Shown piece by piece: positions 36,921 through 46,544 of a stretch of 64,000 nt of DNA. Where the stretch lies: the NCBI GenBank assembly GCA_965261735.1, contig OZ253470.1, positions 357,728-421,727 of the forward strand, in the 5' to 3' direction. A program made the translations under genes and the position numbers. Position 1 is the stretch's first letter. The number at the start of each line of letters is the position of its first letter. This stretch comes from Alphaproteobacteria bacterium (GTDB lineage Bacteria > Pseudomonadota > Alphaproteobacteria > SHVV01). The notes beneath the pieces were generated by a model. The model was not told the DNA's origin. It did not search any database and saw nothing but the letters and a program-made list of their open reading frames with translations.

Positions 36921-37212
36921 GTCTGAATAGCTTTCGCGAAGTGCTCAGCGGGTTGCGGCACTCAGGGTAATCGAGTGGGCGAACACTGTGGCCCGCCCAG
37001 GAACGCCGACAGCGCGTGGGCATGGAATACCCAAGCTTCCGGGACAGCATCTTCCCGAAAGTGGCTTTGCCCTTGAGCGTCCCTGACCCGTGAAGTTCAA
37101 ATTTGGACACTACTGACGGTTTGGACTCCTTGACATCCCAGTCTCCAGAGATACGCCTTGCTAGATTTGGAAACGTCTGTGACCCTGCGTGGACCTTCGC
37201 GAGAAGGGTAAG

Positions 37213-37843
37213 TGTCAACGGCGGAGCAAAATTAGTCCACCCGGGCGGAGCAAAACTAGTCCACTTAACGTTATGCGGTACGCGGTGTTGGGGGGTTGTC
37301 CCGGTAGTCCATAGGAGGGACCCGCGCTGCTTCGAGTAGCGCTTGCGTTACGCGGAGCGAAGCAGCGTGGGAGGTTCCTGTGGACCCACCGGGTCAACCA
37401 TTGCACTGGCGGTTAAGCAGGTATTTTGGGGATTTTCGCCGTTTTTGGCTTTGGTTGAGACGATAGCTCTCGCCGTTCATTTCCAGGATATGGACATGGT
37501 GGGTGAGGCGGTCCAGCAAAGCCCCGGTCAGGCGTTCCGAGCCGAATATCTCCGTCCACTCATCGAACGGCAAGTTGGAGGTCACCAGGATCGAGCCCCG
37601 CTCGTAGCGCTGGCTGAAGACTTCGAACAGCAGCTCGGCGCCGGTCTTCGAGAGCGGCACGAAGCCGAGTTCGTCGATGATCAGAAGGTGATACTTTGCC
37701 AGTTGCTTCTGCAGGCGCAACAGGCGTTTTTCATCCCTGGCCTCCATCCGTTCATGAACCAGGGCAGCGGCCGTGAGGAAGCCGACGGAGAGCCCCTTTT
37801 GGCAGGCCGCCAGACCGAGACCGAGGGCGATATGGGTCTTGCC
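37213..37843 (-). mobile_element. IS21-family right-end fragment with the C-terminal 150 codons of istB
   Basis: Collinear with 52045..52677 of the full copy, including the terminal repeats CGGCGGAGCAAAATTAGTCCAC / GGGCGGAGCAAAACTAGTCCAC. It is cut inside the IstB Walker A region by IS6 at 37844. Confidence 0.85.
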
Positions 37844-38649
37844 GGCATTGTCACGTTAACAGCGTGGCTTCGGCACGGCCGGTGCTTTAGCGTCTCTGGA
37901 TGTGCAAGATATCCTACCGTCGTCACCGCTTTCCACCGGTCATCATCCAGCATGCCGTCTGGCTCTATTGCCGTTTCACGCTGAGCTATCGGGACGTTGA
38001 TGACCTGCTTGCCGAGCGTGGTCTCGACATCTCGTATGAGACAGTTCGAAGATGGGTCTTGAAATTCGGTCGGGCCTATGCGCGGCGGATTCAACGTCGG
38101 CGGCCACGACCGACCGAACGCTGGCACCTGGACGAGATGGTCGTCGTAATTCGAGGGAGGCAGTTCTATCTCTGGCGTGCCGTGGACAGTGAGGGCGAAG
38201 TCCTGGATTTCCTGGTTCAATCCCGCAGGAACGCTCGGGCGGCAATTCGGCTGATGCGGAAACTCTTGAAGAAGCAGGGCTTCGCGCCGGCGACGATTGT
38301 AACCGATAAACTCCGCTCCTACGGCACCGCGATCCGTTTGCTTGCCCTCTCGGCTCAGCATGAGCAAGGCCTGCGAAAGAACAATCGGGCAGAAAATTCA
38401 CATCAGCCGGTGCGACGACGAGAGCGAAAGATGCAGCGGTTCAAATCGCCCGCGTCCGCGCAGCGGTTCCTCGCCGTCCATGCGACCGTCTACAACCTCT
38501 TCAACGTCCAACGCCATCTGGTCTCCCGCCGAACACTCCGCCAATTCCGCGGCGACGCGATGAGACAGTGGCGGCAAGTGACGACCGTTGCATAATCTCC
38601 GGCGTCGGCGCCCACAAGCTGGCCAAATGGCGGTTAACGTGACAACGTC
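37844..38649 (+). mobile_element. IS6-family element, type 1, copy B
   Basis: GGCATTGTCACGTTAAC at the left and GTTAACGTGACAACGTC at the right. The transposase differs by one residue from copy A. Confidence 0.85.
37900..38595 (+). CDS. IS6 family transposase
   Basis: 231 aa, near-identical to 6167..6862. Confidence 0.9.
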   Translation: MCKISYRRHRFPPVIIQHAVWLYCRFTLSYRDVDDLLAERGLDISYETVRRWVLKFGRAYARRIQRRRPRPTERWHLDEMVVVIRGRQFYLWRAVDSEGEVLDFLVQSRRNARAAIRLMRKLLKKQGFAPATIVTDKLRSYGTAIRLLALSAQHEQGLRKNNRAENSHQPVRRRERKMQRFKSPASAQRFLAVHATVYNLFNVQRHLVSRRTLRQFRGDAMRQWRQVTTVA

Positions 38650-38794
38650 GGTCCTGCTGTTCCCGGCGTGGCTGCCGCATTCGGTGGACGCCAACCGCGG
38701 CGATCGAGACCGGATCAGCGTGAGCTTCAACGTCATGCTGTCCGGCTACGCGGCGGAGCTGAGCAAGCCGCTATGGCAGGGCGAGCACCACTGA
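38650..38794 (+). pseudogene. C-terminal fragment of a TIGR02466-like putative 2OG-Fe(II) oxygenase
   Basis: SVLLFPAWLPHSVDANRGDRDRISVSFNVML matches the LFPSWLxHxVxxN...RISISFN tail of that family. It begins at the IS6 junction. Confidence 0.5.
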
Positions 38795-38804
38795 CGTGTG
38801 GATC

Positions 38805-40325
38805 ATGAGGGCCTTGGACTACCACGAGTCCACCAAGCATTCGTGGGAGCGCATTCGCGCCAATCCCCACTCCCTCGACTTTGCGAACATGCCGCACCCC
38901 TTCAAGATCTATATCGACTTGGCGCGCCAGCCGCTCTCGACCGATTTGCCGGACTCGGCGGTTCCGGCGCTGGCCGCGCTGGCAGAACCGGGAGTAGACG
39001 CCGGCGGCGACCGGGTCGCGGGCCGGAATGAGCTGGCGCACCTGCTGTCGGCTGTCGGCATCACCAAGCGGCGGCGCTATCCGGGCGGCGAGATGCTGTT
39101 CCGCGGTGCGCCTTGCACCGGCGCGCTCTACCACATCGAGGTCTACGTGATCTGCACCGACCTGAAAGACCTGCCGGCCGGCGTCTATCAGTTCCAGCCG
39201 AAGGATTCCTCAGTGTGCCTGCTACGGCCGGGCGATTGCCGGCAGGTCCTCATCGACGCGAGCGGCGCGCACGCCGCCGTGGCCGACGCGCCGGTGGTGC
39301 TGGTCCTGACGAGCACGTGGTGGCGCAACGCCTGGAAGTATCAGGCGCGTGCCTATCGCCACGCTTGGTGGGATTCGGGCTGCATGGCGGCCAACCTCCT
39401 GGCGCAGGCGGCGGCCCTGGAGCTCCCGGCCGCCTTGGTGGCCGGTTATGCCGACGACCCCGTCAACCGGCTGCTCGACGTCGATCCTGAGAAGGAGGCG
39501 TCCCTGATGCTGATGCCGATCGGGCGCGGCGGTCCGGCTCACGCGGCGCATCCGCCCCGGCTTGCCCCGCTCGGACTGTCGACGGAGCCGCTCTCGCATC
39601 ACGAGGTGGCGTACCCGAACATTCCAGCGGTCCACGCCGCTTCCTGCCTGAACACTGGAGCCGAGGCGGCCGCGTGGCGCGGGGCCATGGACGAAGGCAC
39701 CGAAGCCTCTCCAGACCGGCTCGTCCCCCTGCAACCAGCGGCGGACGATGCGGTTCCGGCCGAACCGCTGGAGGCCGTGATCCGGCGTCGCGGATCGAGC
39801 CGCCGGTTTACCGGCAAAAGCATCTCCTTCACCGCGCTCTCGACGATCCTGGACCGGACCGACCGCGCCATTGCCGCGGACTTTCTGGCCCCCTCCGGAG
39901 CGTCCCTCTGCGACCTCTATCTGATCGTCAACGCCGTCGACGGGCTCCCCGCAGGAACCTACGCATACAGGCCCGCGCACGGCGGGCTGGAGCCGCTCCG
40001 CGAGGGAACGTTTCGGGAGGAAGCGACGGCCTTGGCGCTGGGGCAGGACCTGGCGGGCGAGGCCAGCGTCAACCTCTACTTCCTCGCCAACCTGCAACGC
40101 GTGACGGCGCGCTTCGGCGATCGCGGCTATCGCGCGGCCGAGCTCGAAGGGGGGATACGGGGCGGCAGGGTCTATCTCGCCGCCTATGCGCTGGGACTGG
40201 AGGCCACGGGGCTGACCTTCCTCGATGACGACGTGACCGCATTCTTCTCGCCCCACGCGGCCGACAAATCGGTCATGTTCCTCGCGGCCGTGGGCCGGCC
40301 GGGCCGGCCTTACGCCGTTTCCTGA
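38805..40325 (+). CDS. SagB/ThcOx-type dehydrogenase (nitroreductase superfamily)
   Basis: The MRALDYHESTKHS start is typical of SagB-type dehydrogenase domain proteins, and there are two nitroreductase-like halves. Confidence 0.8.
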   Translation: MRALDYHESTKHSWERIRANPHSLDFANMPHPFKIYIDLARQPLSTDLPDSAVPALAALAEPGVDAGGDRVAGRNELAHLLSAVGITKRRRYPGGEMLFRGAPCTGALYHIEVYVICTDLKDLPAGVYQFQPKDSSVCLLRPGDCRQVLIDASGAHAAVADAPVVLVLTSTWWRNAWKYQARAYRHAWWDSGCMAANLLAQAAALELPAALVAGYADDPVNRLLDVDPEKEASLMLMPIGRGGPAHAAHPPRLAPLGLSTEPLSHHEVAYPNIPAVHAASCLNTGAEAAAWRGAMDEGTEASPDRLVPLQPAADDAVPAEPLEAVIRRRGSSRRFTGKSISFTALSTILDRTDRAIAADFLAPSGASLCDLYLIVNAVDGLPAGTYAYRPAHGGLEPLREGTFREEATALALGQDLAGEASVNLYFLANLQRVTARFGDRGYRAAELEGGIRGGRVYLAAYALGLEATGLTFLDDDVTAFFSPHAADKSVMFLAAVGRPGRPYAVS

Positions 40326-40348
40326 GCGGGGTATCTGGTGTCGAGCCG

Positions 40349-41269
40349 ATGGCGTCCAAATTAGTGACGGTTTTCGGGGGATCGGGATTCCTCGGCCACC
40401 GGATCGTGGAACACCTGGCCGCAGCGGGGCACGACGTGCGTGTGGGCGTGCGCCATCCCGACCGCGCCGCCTTCCTGCGGCGGCTCGACGCGGACGGCCG
40501 GATCGAGCTGGTGCACGCAGATGTATGGGACGAGGCGACGGTCACACGGGCGGTGAACGGCGCGACTTCGGTCATCAACACCGTCGGCCACTATGTCGAG
40601 AAAGGAGGCACGACATTCGATAGGATCCACGGCGAAGGAGCCCTGCACGTCGCCAGGCAGACGAAGCAGGCGGGGGTCCTGCGACTGATCCATATCTCAG
40701 GCCTGGGCGCCGATCCCGGGTCGGACTCGCCTTACGTCCGTGCCCGGGGGACCGGAGAAAGCCTCGTCAAGGAGGCCTTCGATGGCGTCACGATCCTGCG
40801 CCCCGGCGTGATATTCGGTCCGGATGATTCCTTCCTGAACAGACTTGCCATGTTGGCACGGCAAAGCCCGGTGCTGCCGCTGTTCGGAATTGGAGGCACG
40901 AGACTGCAACCCGTGTTCGTGGAAAACGTCGCGGAAGCCTGCGTGAGGGTTCTAGCCAATCCCTCCACTCGATGCCGCGTCTACGAACTCGGTGGGCCGC
41001 GGGTATACGCCTACAAGGAACTCGTACAGTTGGTGCTCGAAGGGATCGGCAGGCGTACGGTCATGATCCCGGTCCCCTTCCTCGTGTGGGACATCCTCGC
41101 GGCCGTGACGGCATTTCACCCCGATCCGCCGCTGACCCGCGATCAGGTGAAATTGATGTCACGGCACAATGTCGTCGGGCGGCAGGCGTTGACCCTGGAA
41201 GACCTGGGCATTCGCCCTACTCCGGTGGAAGAGGTTTTGTCCGCCTGCATTGGCGTGACCCCCTCCTGA
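40349..41269 (+). CDS. NAD(P)H-binding NDUFA9-like/NmrA-like epimerase-family protein
   Basis: KLVTVFGGSGFLGHRIVEHLAAAGHDVRVGVRHP is a Rossmann motif. The size is typical of alphaproteobacterial complex I NDUFA9-family homologues. Confidence 0.8.
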   Translation: MASKLVTVFGGSGFLGHRIVEHLAAAGHDVRVGVRHPDRAAFLRRLDADGRIELVHADVWDEATVTRAVNGATSVINTVGHYVEKGGTTFDRIHGEGALHVARQTKQAGVLRLIHISGLGADPGSDSPYVRARGTGESLVKEAFDGVTILRPGVIFGPDDSFLNRLAMLARQSPVLPLFGIGGTRLQPVFVENVAEACVRVLANPSTRCRVYELGGPRVYAYKELVQLVLEGIGRRTVMIPVPFLVWDILAAVTAFHPDPPLTRDQVKLMSRHNVVGRQALTLEDLGIRPTPVEEVLSACIGVTPS

Positions 41270-41395
41270 TAGCTGCGGGGCGGCGCGCAGGTTCGACGCC
41301 GATCGGCACGCCAAGCAATTGATCTGATTGGAATCCAAGGAATCGAGTTTGCGCGCCGGACAATGGCCTCGGGTGTGCGGCCGCATCCCGTCCCC

Positions 41396-41597
41396 CTACC
41401 AGCGCATCTCGCCGCGCAGCATCAGGCCGTGCTCGGGCACCTCGTCGTTGACGGAATCGCGACGGGTCGCTTCGAGATTCAGATCGAGGACGTTCCCCAG
41501 GCGGTAGCCGTAGCCCGCGCGCAGGAAGCGGGCGTCTGCGCCGAACTCGCTTTCGAGGTTCCACTCCGTGAACCCCAGCCGCAGGAGATGGCCGAGC
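41396..41597 (-). pseudogene. outer-membrane beta-barrel protein C-terminal fragment
   Basis: An alternating beta-strand pattern ends in ..GLMLRGEMRW*. It is cut by the IS6 end at 41598. Confidence 0.35.
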
Positions 41598-42399
41598 GGC
41601 ATTGACACGTTAAGTCGGTGGCCGGATCGGGCAGGGCCGCTACCGTCGGCGTATGACGCCAATTTCTTTCAAGCGACATCGTTTTTCGCCAGAGATCATC
41701 CAGCATGCGGTCTGGCTCTATGCTCGGTTCACGCTGTCATTTCGCGATGTCGAGGACCTGCTGGCCGAGCGCGGTATCGATGTCTCGAACGAGACGGTGC
41801 GACGCTGGTTTCTGAAATTCGGGCGCCTGATCTCAGGCAATCTTCGCCGCAGCCGTCCACGTGCCAGTGCTCGTTGGCACCTTGACGAAATGATCATCAG
41901 GATCCGCGGCCGAAGACATTGGCTGTGGCGGGCGGTCGACGACGAAGGTGAAGTTCTCGACTTCCTGGTCCAGCCACGACGCTGCGCCCGATCGGCGCAG
42001 AGGTTGCTGCGGAAGCTGCTGAAGAAGCAGGGCTTTGCGCCGAAGCGCATTACCACGGACAAGCTCAAATCCTACGCTGTTGCGATCCGCAAAGAGCGAC
42101 TTACCGCTATTCACGATCAGGGATTGCGGGCGAACAATCGAGCCGAGAATTCACACCAGCCGGTACGTCGACGCGAACGAAAACAACAGCGGTTCAATTC
42201 ACCGGGATCCGCCCAACGGTTCCTTTCAATCCACGCCGCCGTCTACAACGCTTTCTACGTCCAGCGCCATCTTTTACCCCGCCGCATTTTCAAGGCGTTT
42301 CGAGCCGAGACGTTCGCTGTCTGGAATCAAGGCTGGTGTGCTGCCTGATCCAGATCACGATCCAATTGTGCCGAACGCGGCAGTTAACGTGTCAATGCC
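41598..42399 (+). mobile_element. IS6-family element, type 2, copy 2
   Basis: Same IRs as copy 1. It has one G fewer in the 5' leader than copies 1 and 3. Confidence 0.9.
41653..42348 (+). CDS. IS6 family transposase
   Basis: 231 aa, identical in translation to the other type 2 copies. Confidence 0.9.
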   Translation: MTPISFKRHRFSPEIIQHAVWLYARFTLSFRDVEDLLAERGIDVSNETVRRWFLKFGRLISGNLRRSRPRASARWHLDEMIIRIRGRRHWLWRAVDDEGEVLDFLVQPRRCARSAQRLLRKLLKKQGFAPKRITTDKLKSYAVAIRKERLTAIHDQGLRANNRAENSHQPVRRRERKQQRFNSPGSAQRFLSIHAAVYNAFYVQRHLLPRRIFKAFRAETFAVWNQGWCAA

Positions 42400-42469
42400 C
42401 TCCTTAGGCAGGCCCGCGCGGAAGCACCTTGATCGCCCAGCCGGAAGCGCCTTGTTCGAGTGCGGGGCG

Positions 42470-43798
42470 CTAGGCCGCGCGCTTATCGAAACGCCGGGTC
42501 CGCCTGCGGCGCTTGCGGGGGCTCGGTGCCGGTCGAGGCGCCGCGCCCTTGCCGTTATTGCCCGACGCGGCCACAGTCTCGTCCGGCGCCTCGCCGACAA
42601 CCCGCAATGACTCTTTGATCAACCGCTCGATCGCGCGCAGTTGCGGCCGCTCGCTGGCATCGCAGAACGAGATCGCGATGCCCGCGGCGCCCGCGCGCGC
42701 GGTGCGGCCGATCCGGTGAACGTAGCATTCGGGCTCGTTCGGCAGCTCGTAATTGATGACGTGGGTGACGTCGTCGACGTCAAGCCCGCGCGCGGCGACA
42801 TCGGTGGCCACCAGCACCCGCACTTCTCCGGTGCGGAAGTTTTCGAGCGCCCGTTGGCGCGCATTTTGGGACTTATTGCCATGCAGCGCATCGGCACTGA
42901 CCCCGCCAAGGGCGAGCCGTTTGACCACCTGGTTGGCGCCGCGTTTGGTGCGCGTAAATACCAGCACCTTTTTGAGATCGGGTGCGGCAAGAAGCTTGGC
43001 CAGAAGATCGCGTTTCGAGGCCGTGGCGAGGTGATGGACGTGTTGCTCGACGCGCTCCACCGCCACCCTCTTGGCCGCGATTTCGACCCGTTCGGGCTCG
43101 AACAGGACCTCGCCGGCGAGCTTCGCAACCTCGGCCGGCATGGTCGCCGAAAAGAGCTGTGTCTGCCGCTCATCAGGCAGCATCGCCACGATCTTACGCA
43201 CGTCGCGGATGAAGCCCATGTCGAACATGCGGTCGGCCTCGTCGATGATGAGGTATTCGCACTGGCTCAAATCGGCGCGGCGCTGCTGCGCGAGATCGAG
43301 AAGCCGGCCCGGCGTGGCAACCAGAATGTCGACGCCGCGGCGCAGCGCCTCGATCTGGGGCCGCTCGGGGACGCCGCCCATGACGACCGCCTGGCGGAAT
43401 TGCAGGTGCCGCCCATAGGTCTTGATGCTGCTGGAGATCTGTAGCGCGAGTTCGCGCGTGGGCGCGAGAATTAGCGCTCGCGTCGTCCACGGCGAAGCCT
43501 TGACGCCGTCTTCGACGAGGTTCTGCAGAAGCGGCAGCGTGAACGCCGCTGTCTTGCCGGTGCCCGTCTGGGCGATACCGAGCAGATCCATGCCGTCCAG
43601 CAGGTACGGAATGGCGCGACGTTGAATGGGGGTGGGGGTGTCGTACTGCGCGTCTTCAAGCGCGCGTAAAAGCCGCTCGGAGAGCCCGAGTTCGGCGAAA
43701 GCTGAAACTGTCAAAGATACAAATTCTTTGTTACGGAGACCCGGCGCGCGCGGAGGCGAGCGATCAGGGCTAACCGTGTCCTTCTTTTCCACGCGCAC
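42470..43798 (-). CDS. DEAD-box ATP-dependent RNA helicase (RhlE-like)
   Basis: It has a Q motif (TPTPIQ), AQTGTGKT, DEAD (IIDEADRM), SAT and HRIGRTARAG motifs, plus a basic C-terminal tail. The true start may be internal, near SLTVSAFAELGL. Confidence 0.9.
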   Translation of the reverse strand: MRVEKKDTVSPDRSPPRAPGLRNKEFVSLTVSAFAELGLSERLLRALEDAQYDTPTPIQRRAIPYLLDGMDLLGIAQTGTGKTAAFTLPLLQNLVEDGVKASPWTTRALILAPTRELALQISSSIKTYGRHLQFRQAVVMGGVPERPQIEALRRGVDILVATPGRLLDLAQQRRADLSQCEYLIIDEADRMFDMGFIRDVRKIVAMLPDERQTQLFSATMPAEVAKLAGEVLFEPERVEIAAKRVAVERVEQHVHHLATASKRDLLAKLLAAPDLKKVLVFTRTKRGANQVVKRLALGGVSADALHGNKSQNARQRALENFRTGEVRVLVATDVAARGLDVDDVTHVINYELPNEPECYVHRIGRTARAGAAGIAISFCDASERPQLRAIERLIKESLRVVGEAPDETVAASGNNGKGAAPRPAPSPRKRRRRTRRFDKRAA

Positions 43799-43940
43799 TT
43801 AGATCAGACGGGAATTGGATGAAATATCCTCGCGGTAATAAGCCCGTTTCGACGGGCAGATCGCGCGACCGCGAGGAACGCTGCCTTTCAAATGAGCCCT
43901 CCCGCCTCGAAAGTCAAGGTGTGGGCCGAAAATCGGATCG

Positions 43941-44206
43941 TCAAACGTCGAGCACCAGATCGGTCGTAAGGGTCGCGCAACAAATCAGCACTTGACCTCG
44001 GTCTGGCGCGTCTAGGGGCTCGTCGCGGTATTCGACGGCGCCTTCGGTGAGCTCGCACATGCACGTGTGGCAAATGCCCGAGCGGCAGCTATTCGGAATA
44101 TCGATGAGAAGGCCTTGGGCCCGCTCCTGAGACCAAGATACGCCACGGAGGCCGCCGGACAGCGCCCGGGCGGTCGCCATCGCTGTGAGAGGGGAATGGT
44201 GTAATG
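43941..44206 (-). pseudogene. 2Fe-2S ferredoxin domain fragment of a PDR/VanB-type oxidoreductase
   Basis: CRSGICHTCMCELTEGAVEYRDEPL..VLICCA..LVLDV* is a plant-type 2Fe-2S C-terminal domain. It is cut by the IS6 end at 44207. Confidence 0.6.
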
Positions 44207-45009
44207 GGCATTGACACGTTAACTGCCGCGTTCGGCACAATTGGATCGTGATCTGGATCAGGCAGCACACCAGCCTTGATTCCAGACAGCGAACGTCTCG
44301 GCTCGAAACGCCTTGAAAATGCGGCGGGGTAAAAGGTGGCGCTGGACGTAGAAAGCGTTGTAGACGGCGGCGTGGATTGAAAGGAACCGTTGGGCGGATC
44401 CCGGTGAATTGAACCGCTGTTGTTTTCGTTCGCGTCGACGTACCGGCTGGTGTGAATTCTCGGCTCGATTGTTCGCCCGCAATCCCTGATCGTGAATAGC
44501 GGTAAGTCGCTCTTTGCGGATCGCAACAGCGTAGGATTTGAGCTTGTCCGTGGTAATGCGCTTCGGCGCAAAGCCCTGCTTCTTCAGCAGCTTCCGCAGC
44601 AACCTCTGCGCCGATCGGGCGCAGCGTCGTGGCTGGACCAGGAAGTCGAGAACTTCACCTTCGTCGTCGACCGCCCGCCACAGCCAATGTCTTCGGCCGC
44701 GGATCCTGATGATCATTTCGTCAAGGTGCCAACGAGCACTGGCACGTGGACGGCTGCGGCGAAGATTGCCTGAGATCAGGCGCCCGAATTTCAGAAACCA
44801 GCGTCGCACCGTCTCGTTCGAGACATCGATACCGCGCTCGGCCAGCAGGTCCTCGACATCGCGAAATGACAGCGTGAACCGAGCATAGAGCCAGACCGCA
44901 TGCTGGATGATCTCTGGCGAAAAACGATGTCGCTTGAAAGAAATTGGCGTCATACGCCGACGGTAGCGGCCCCTGCCCGATCCGGCCACCGACTTAACGT
45001 GTCAATGCC
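44207..45009 (-). mobile_element. IS6-family element, type 2, copy 3
   Basis: Same IRs. One SNP relative to copy 1. Confidence 0.9.
44258..44953 (-). CDS. IS6 family transposase
   Basis: 231 aa from MTPISFKRHRF. Confidence 0.9.
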   Translation of the reverse strand: MTPISFKRHRFSPEIIQHAVWLYARFTLSFRDVEDLLAERGIDVSNETVRRWFLKFGRLISGNLRRSRPRASARWHLDEMIIRIRGRRHWLWRAVDDEGEVLDFLVQPRRCARSAQRLLRKLLKKQGFAPKRITTDKLKSYAVAIRKERLTAIHDQGLRANNRAENSHQPVRRRERKQQRFNSPGSAQRFLSIHAAVYNAFYVQRHLLPRRIFKAFRAETFAVWNQGWCAA

Positions 45010-45479
45010 TCCCAAACACATGCATGACGAGCTGAGCGAAGATTACCGCGATATGATCTATGCCGACACTGCCTCCGAGGTGGAAACCCGCCGCAAGGCG
45101 TTTGTCCGCAAGTGGCGGCTGAAATGCAGGGCCGTCGCGGACAGCCTCGCAGAAGCGGGCGACAAGCTCTTTACCTTCACGCGCCTGTCCAAGAGCCAAT
45201 GGAAATCAGCCCGAACGACCAACGCCATTGAGCGTCTCAACGAGGAGTTCAAGCGCCGGATCAAAACACAGACCGTGCTGCCGTGTCCCGAAACAGTGCC
45301 GATGCTCCTCTGGGCGCTCCTCGCTTCCGGCCAAATCCAGATGCGCAAAGTCGATGGATGGGAAACCCTCGATCAGCTAATCGCCGACGAAACCCTTGAC
45401 CGCGCGGCCTGACCGCCGCAAAACTCAACCCGCTCGGAGAGGCGCCAAAACCAATTTCCACCACTTTCGAGACACAACC
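45010..45479 (+). mobile_element. IS256-family element, copy C, 3' third only
   Basis: Identical to the last ~134 codons (PKHMHDELSEDYRD..LDRAA*) plus the right IR ending ..CGAGACACAACC. It is truncated by IS6 copy 3. Confidence 0.85.
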
Positions 45480-45590
45480 CGAGCCCGACAGCGTCTGGCA
45501 ATCGGTGCAGTGGCAGATCATCACCTTTTCCGGGTCGACCTCCGCCTCGTAGGTGATGGCGCCGCAGTGGCAACTTCCGTCGACCCTCAT
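45480..45590 (-). pseudogene. GFA-family (CENP-V/glutathione-dependent formaldehyde-activating) protein N-terminal fragment
   Basis: MRVDGSCHCGAITYEAEVDPEKVMICHCTDCQTLSGS carries the CxC...CxC..C zinc motif. It is cut by the IS256 end. Confidence 0.55.
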
Positions 45591-45789
45591 AATGAGGCTC
45601 CGTTCGCAGGGCACACACGCTGTGGTCGGATCGTCCCCAATCCGGGCCGGATTGGGGACGAGCGTTTTCGCAACCGGGCTTGGAGGCGCCTGATGGTAGC
45701 ATGCGACGGCCTTGCCTCGCTTGTGCCCTGACCCAGTTCAGGGGACAAGTGCGTTTATCGGCCCTTGTCGCTAATCGAAGGCGGAAATT

Positions 45790-46497
45790 ATGACACGGTC
45801 AGAAACGGACTACGCGACGGCGCTAAAGAAGATCAACGCCATCAACGCGGCCAAACACCGCCGCGATCATCCTCTGTGGATCTCGCTCCTGAAGGGCGAG
45901 CTAAGCCGGCCGCAGGTCGCGGAGTTCTTGCGCCAGTTCAGCGCCGTCGCGCTTTACAACCATTTCTTTCACGGACCGCTTTACGTGAACTGTCCCAGCC
46001 CGAAGTGGCGCGCCCGGATGGCCGAAGTCGTGTGGGAGGAGGGCACGGGCAATCTCTACTCGAACGGCGTGCCGCACTGGCAGCTTTTCCTTCGGCTGGG
46101 CGAGGCGTTCGGCATCAGCGCCGACGAGATGTACGCGGCCGAGTACGGCCCCGGCGCGCTGGCGGTTCGTTCGTTCCTGACCGCGACCTGCGCCCGCAGC
46201 TTCCTCGAAGGGGTCGCTGCTACGTCACTGGCCGGCGAAGCCCAAGTGCCGGGCATCGCTGCGAAGGTTTCGCAGGTTTTCATCGAACACTATGGACTGA
46301 CACCTGAACAAGCCATGTTCTACACCGTTCATGAAGAAGCGGACCGCGATCACGCCGACGCCGGGCTCGAGTTTCTGCGCGAGTTCGCAAAAACCGACAT
46401 GGACCTCGACCTCGTGGTGCGTACGGTGCGCGACGCCGTGGAAGTGAATTGGTGGATGTTCGACGACATTCACCGGCGCCTCGATGGCATCCGATAG
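45790..46497 (+). CDS. heme-oxygenase-like fold protein (PqqC/TenA-like iron-containing redox enzyme family)
   Basis: 235 aa, all-helical. HPLWISLLKGELSRPQVAEFLRQFS and the later ..HEEADRDHA.. blocks resemble PqqC/TenA-like proteins. Confidence 0.55.
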   Translation: MTRSETDYATALKKINAINAAKHRRDHPLWISLLKGELSRPQVAEFLRQFSAVALYNHFFHGPLYVNCPSPKWRARMAEVVWEEGTGNLYSNGVPHWQLFLRLGEAFGISADEMYAAEYGPGALAVRSFLTATCARSFLEGVAATSLAGEAQVPGIAAKVSQVFIEHYGLTPEQAMFYTVHEEADRDHADAGLEFLREFAKTDMDLDLVVRTVRDAVEVNWWMFDDIHRRLDGIR

Positions 46498-46544
46498 ACT
46501 GGTCACGATTCTCTGGACGGGCGGATTGGCTTTGAGAGGGTGAA

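Noticed and set aside
36913-37218. 101-aa ORF between IS6 copy 1 and the IS21 end
   Set aside because: Its TTG start lies inside the IS21 terminus, and I found no recognisable family apart from a faint P-loop-like GxxxxGK. It is probably a remnant or spurious.
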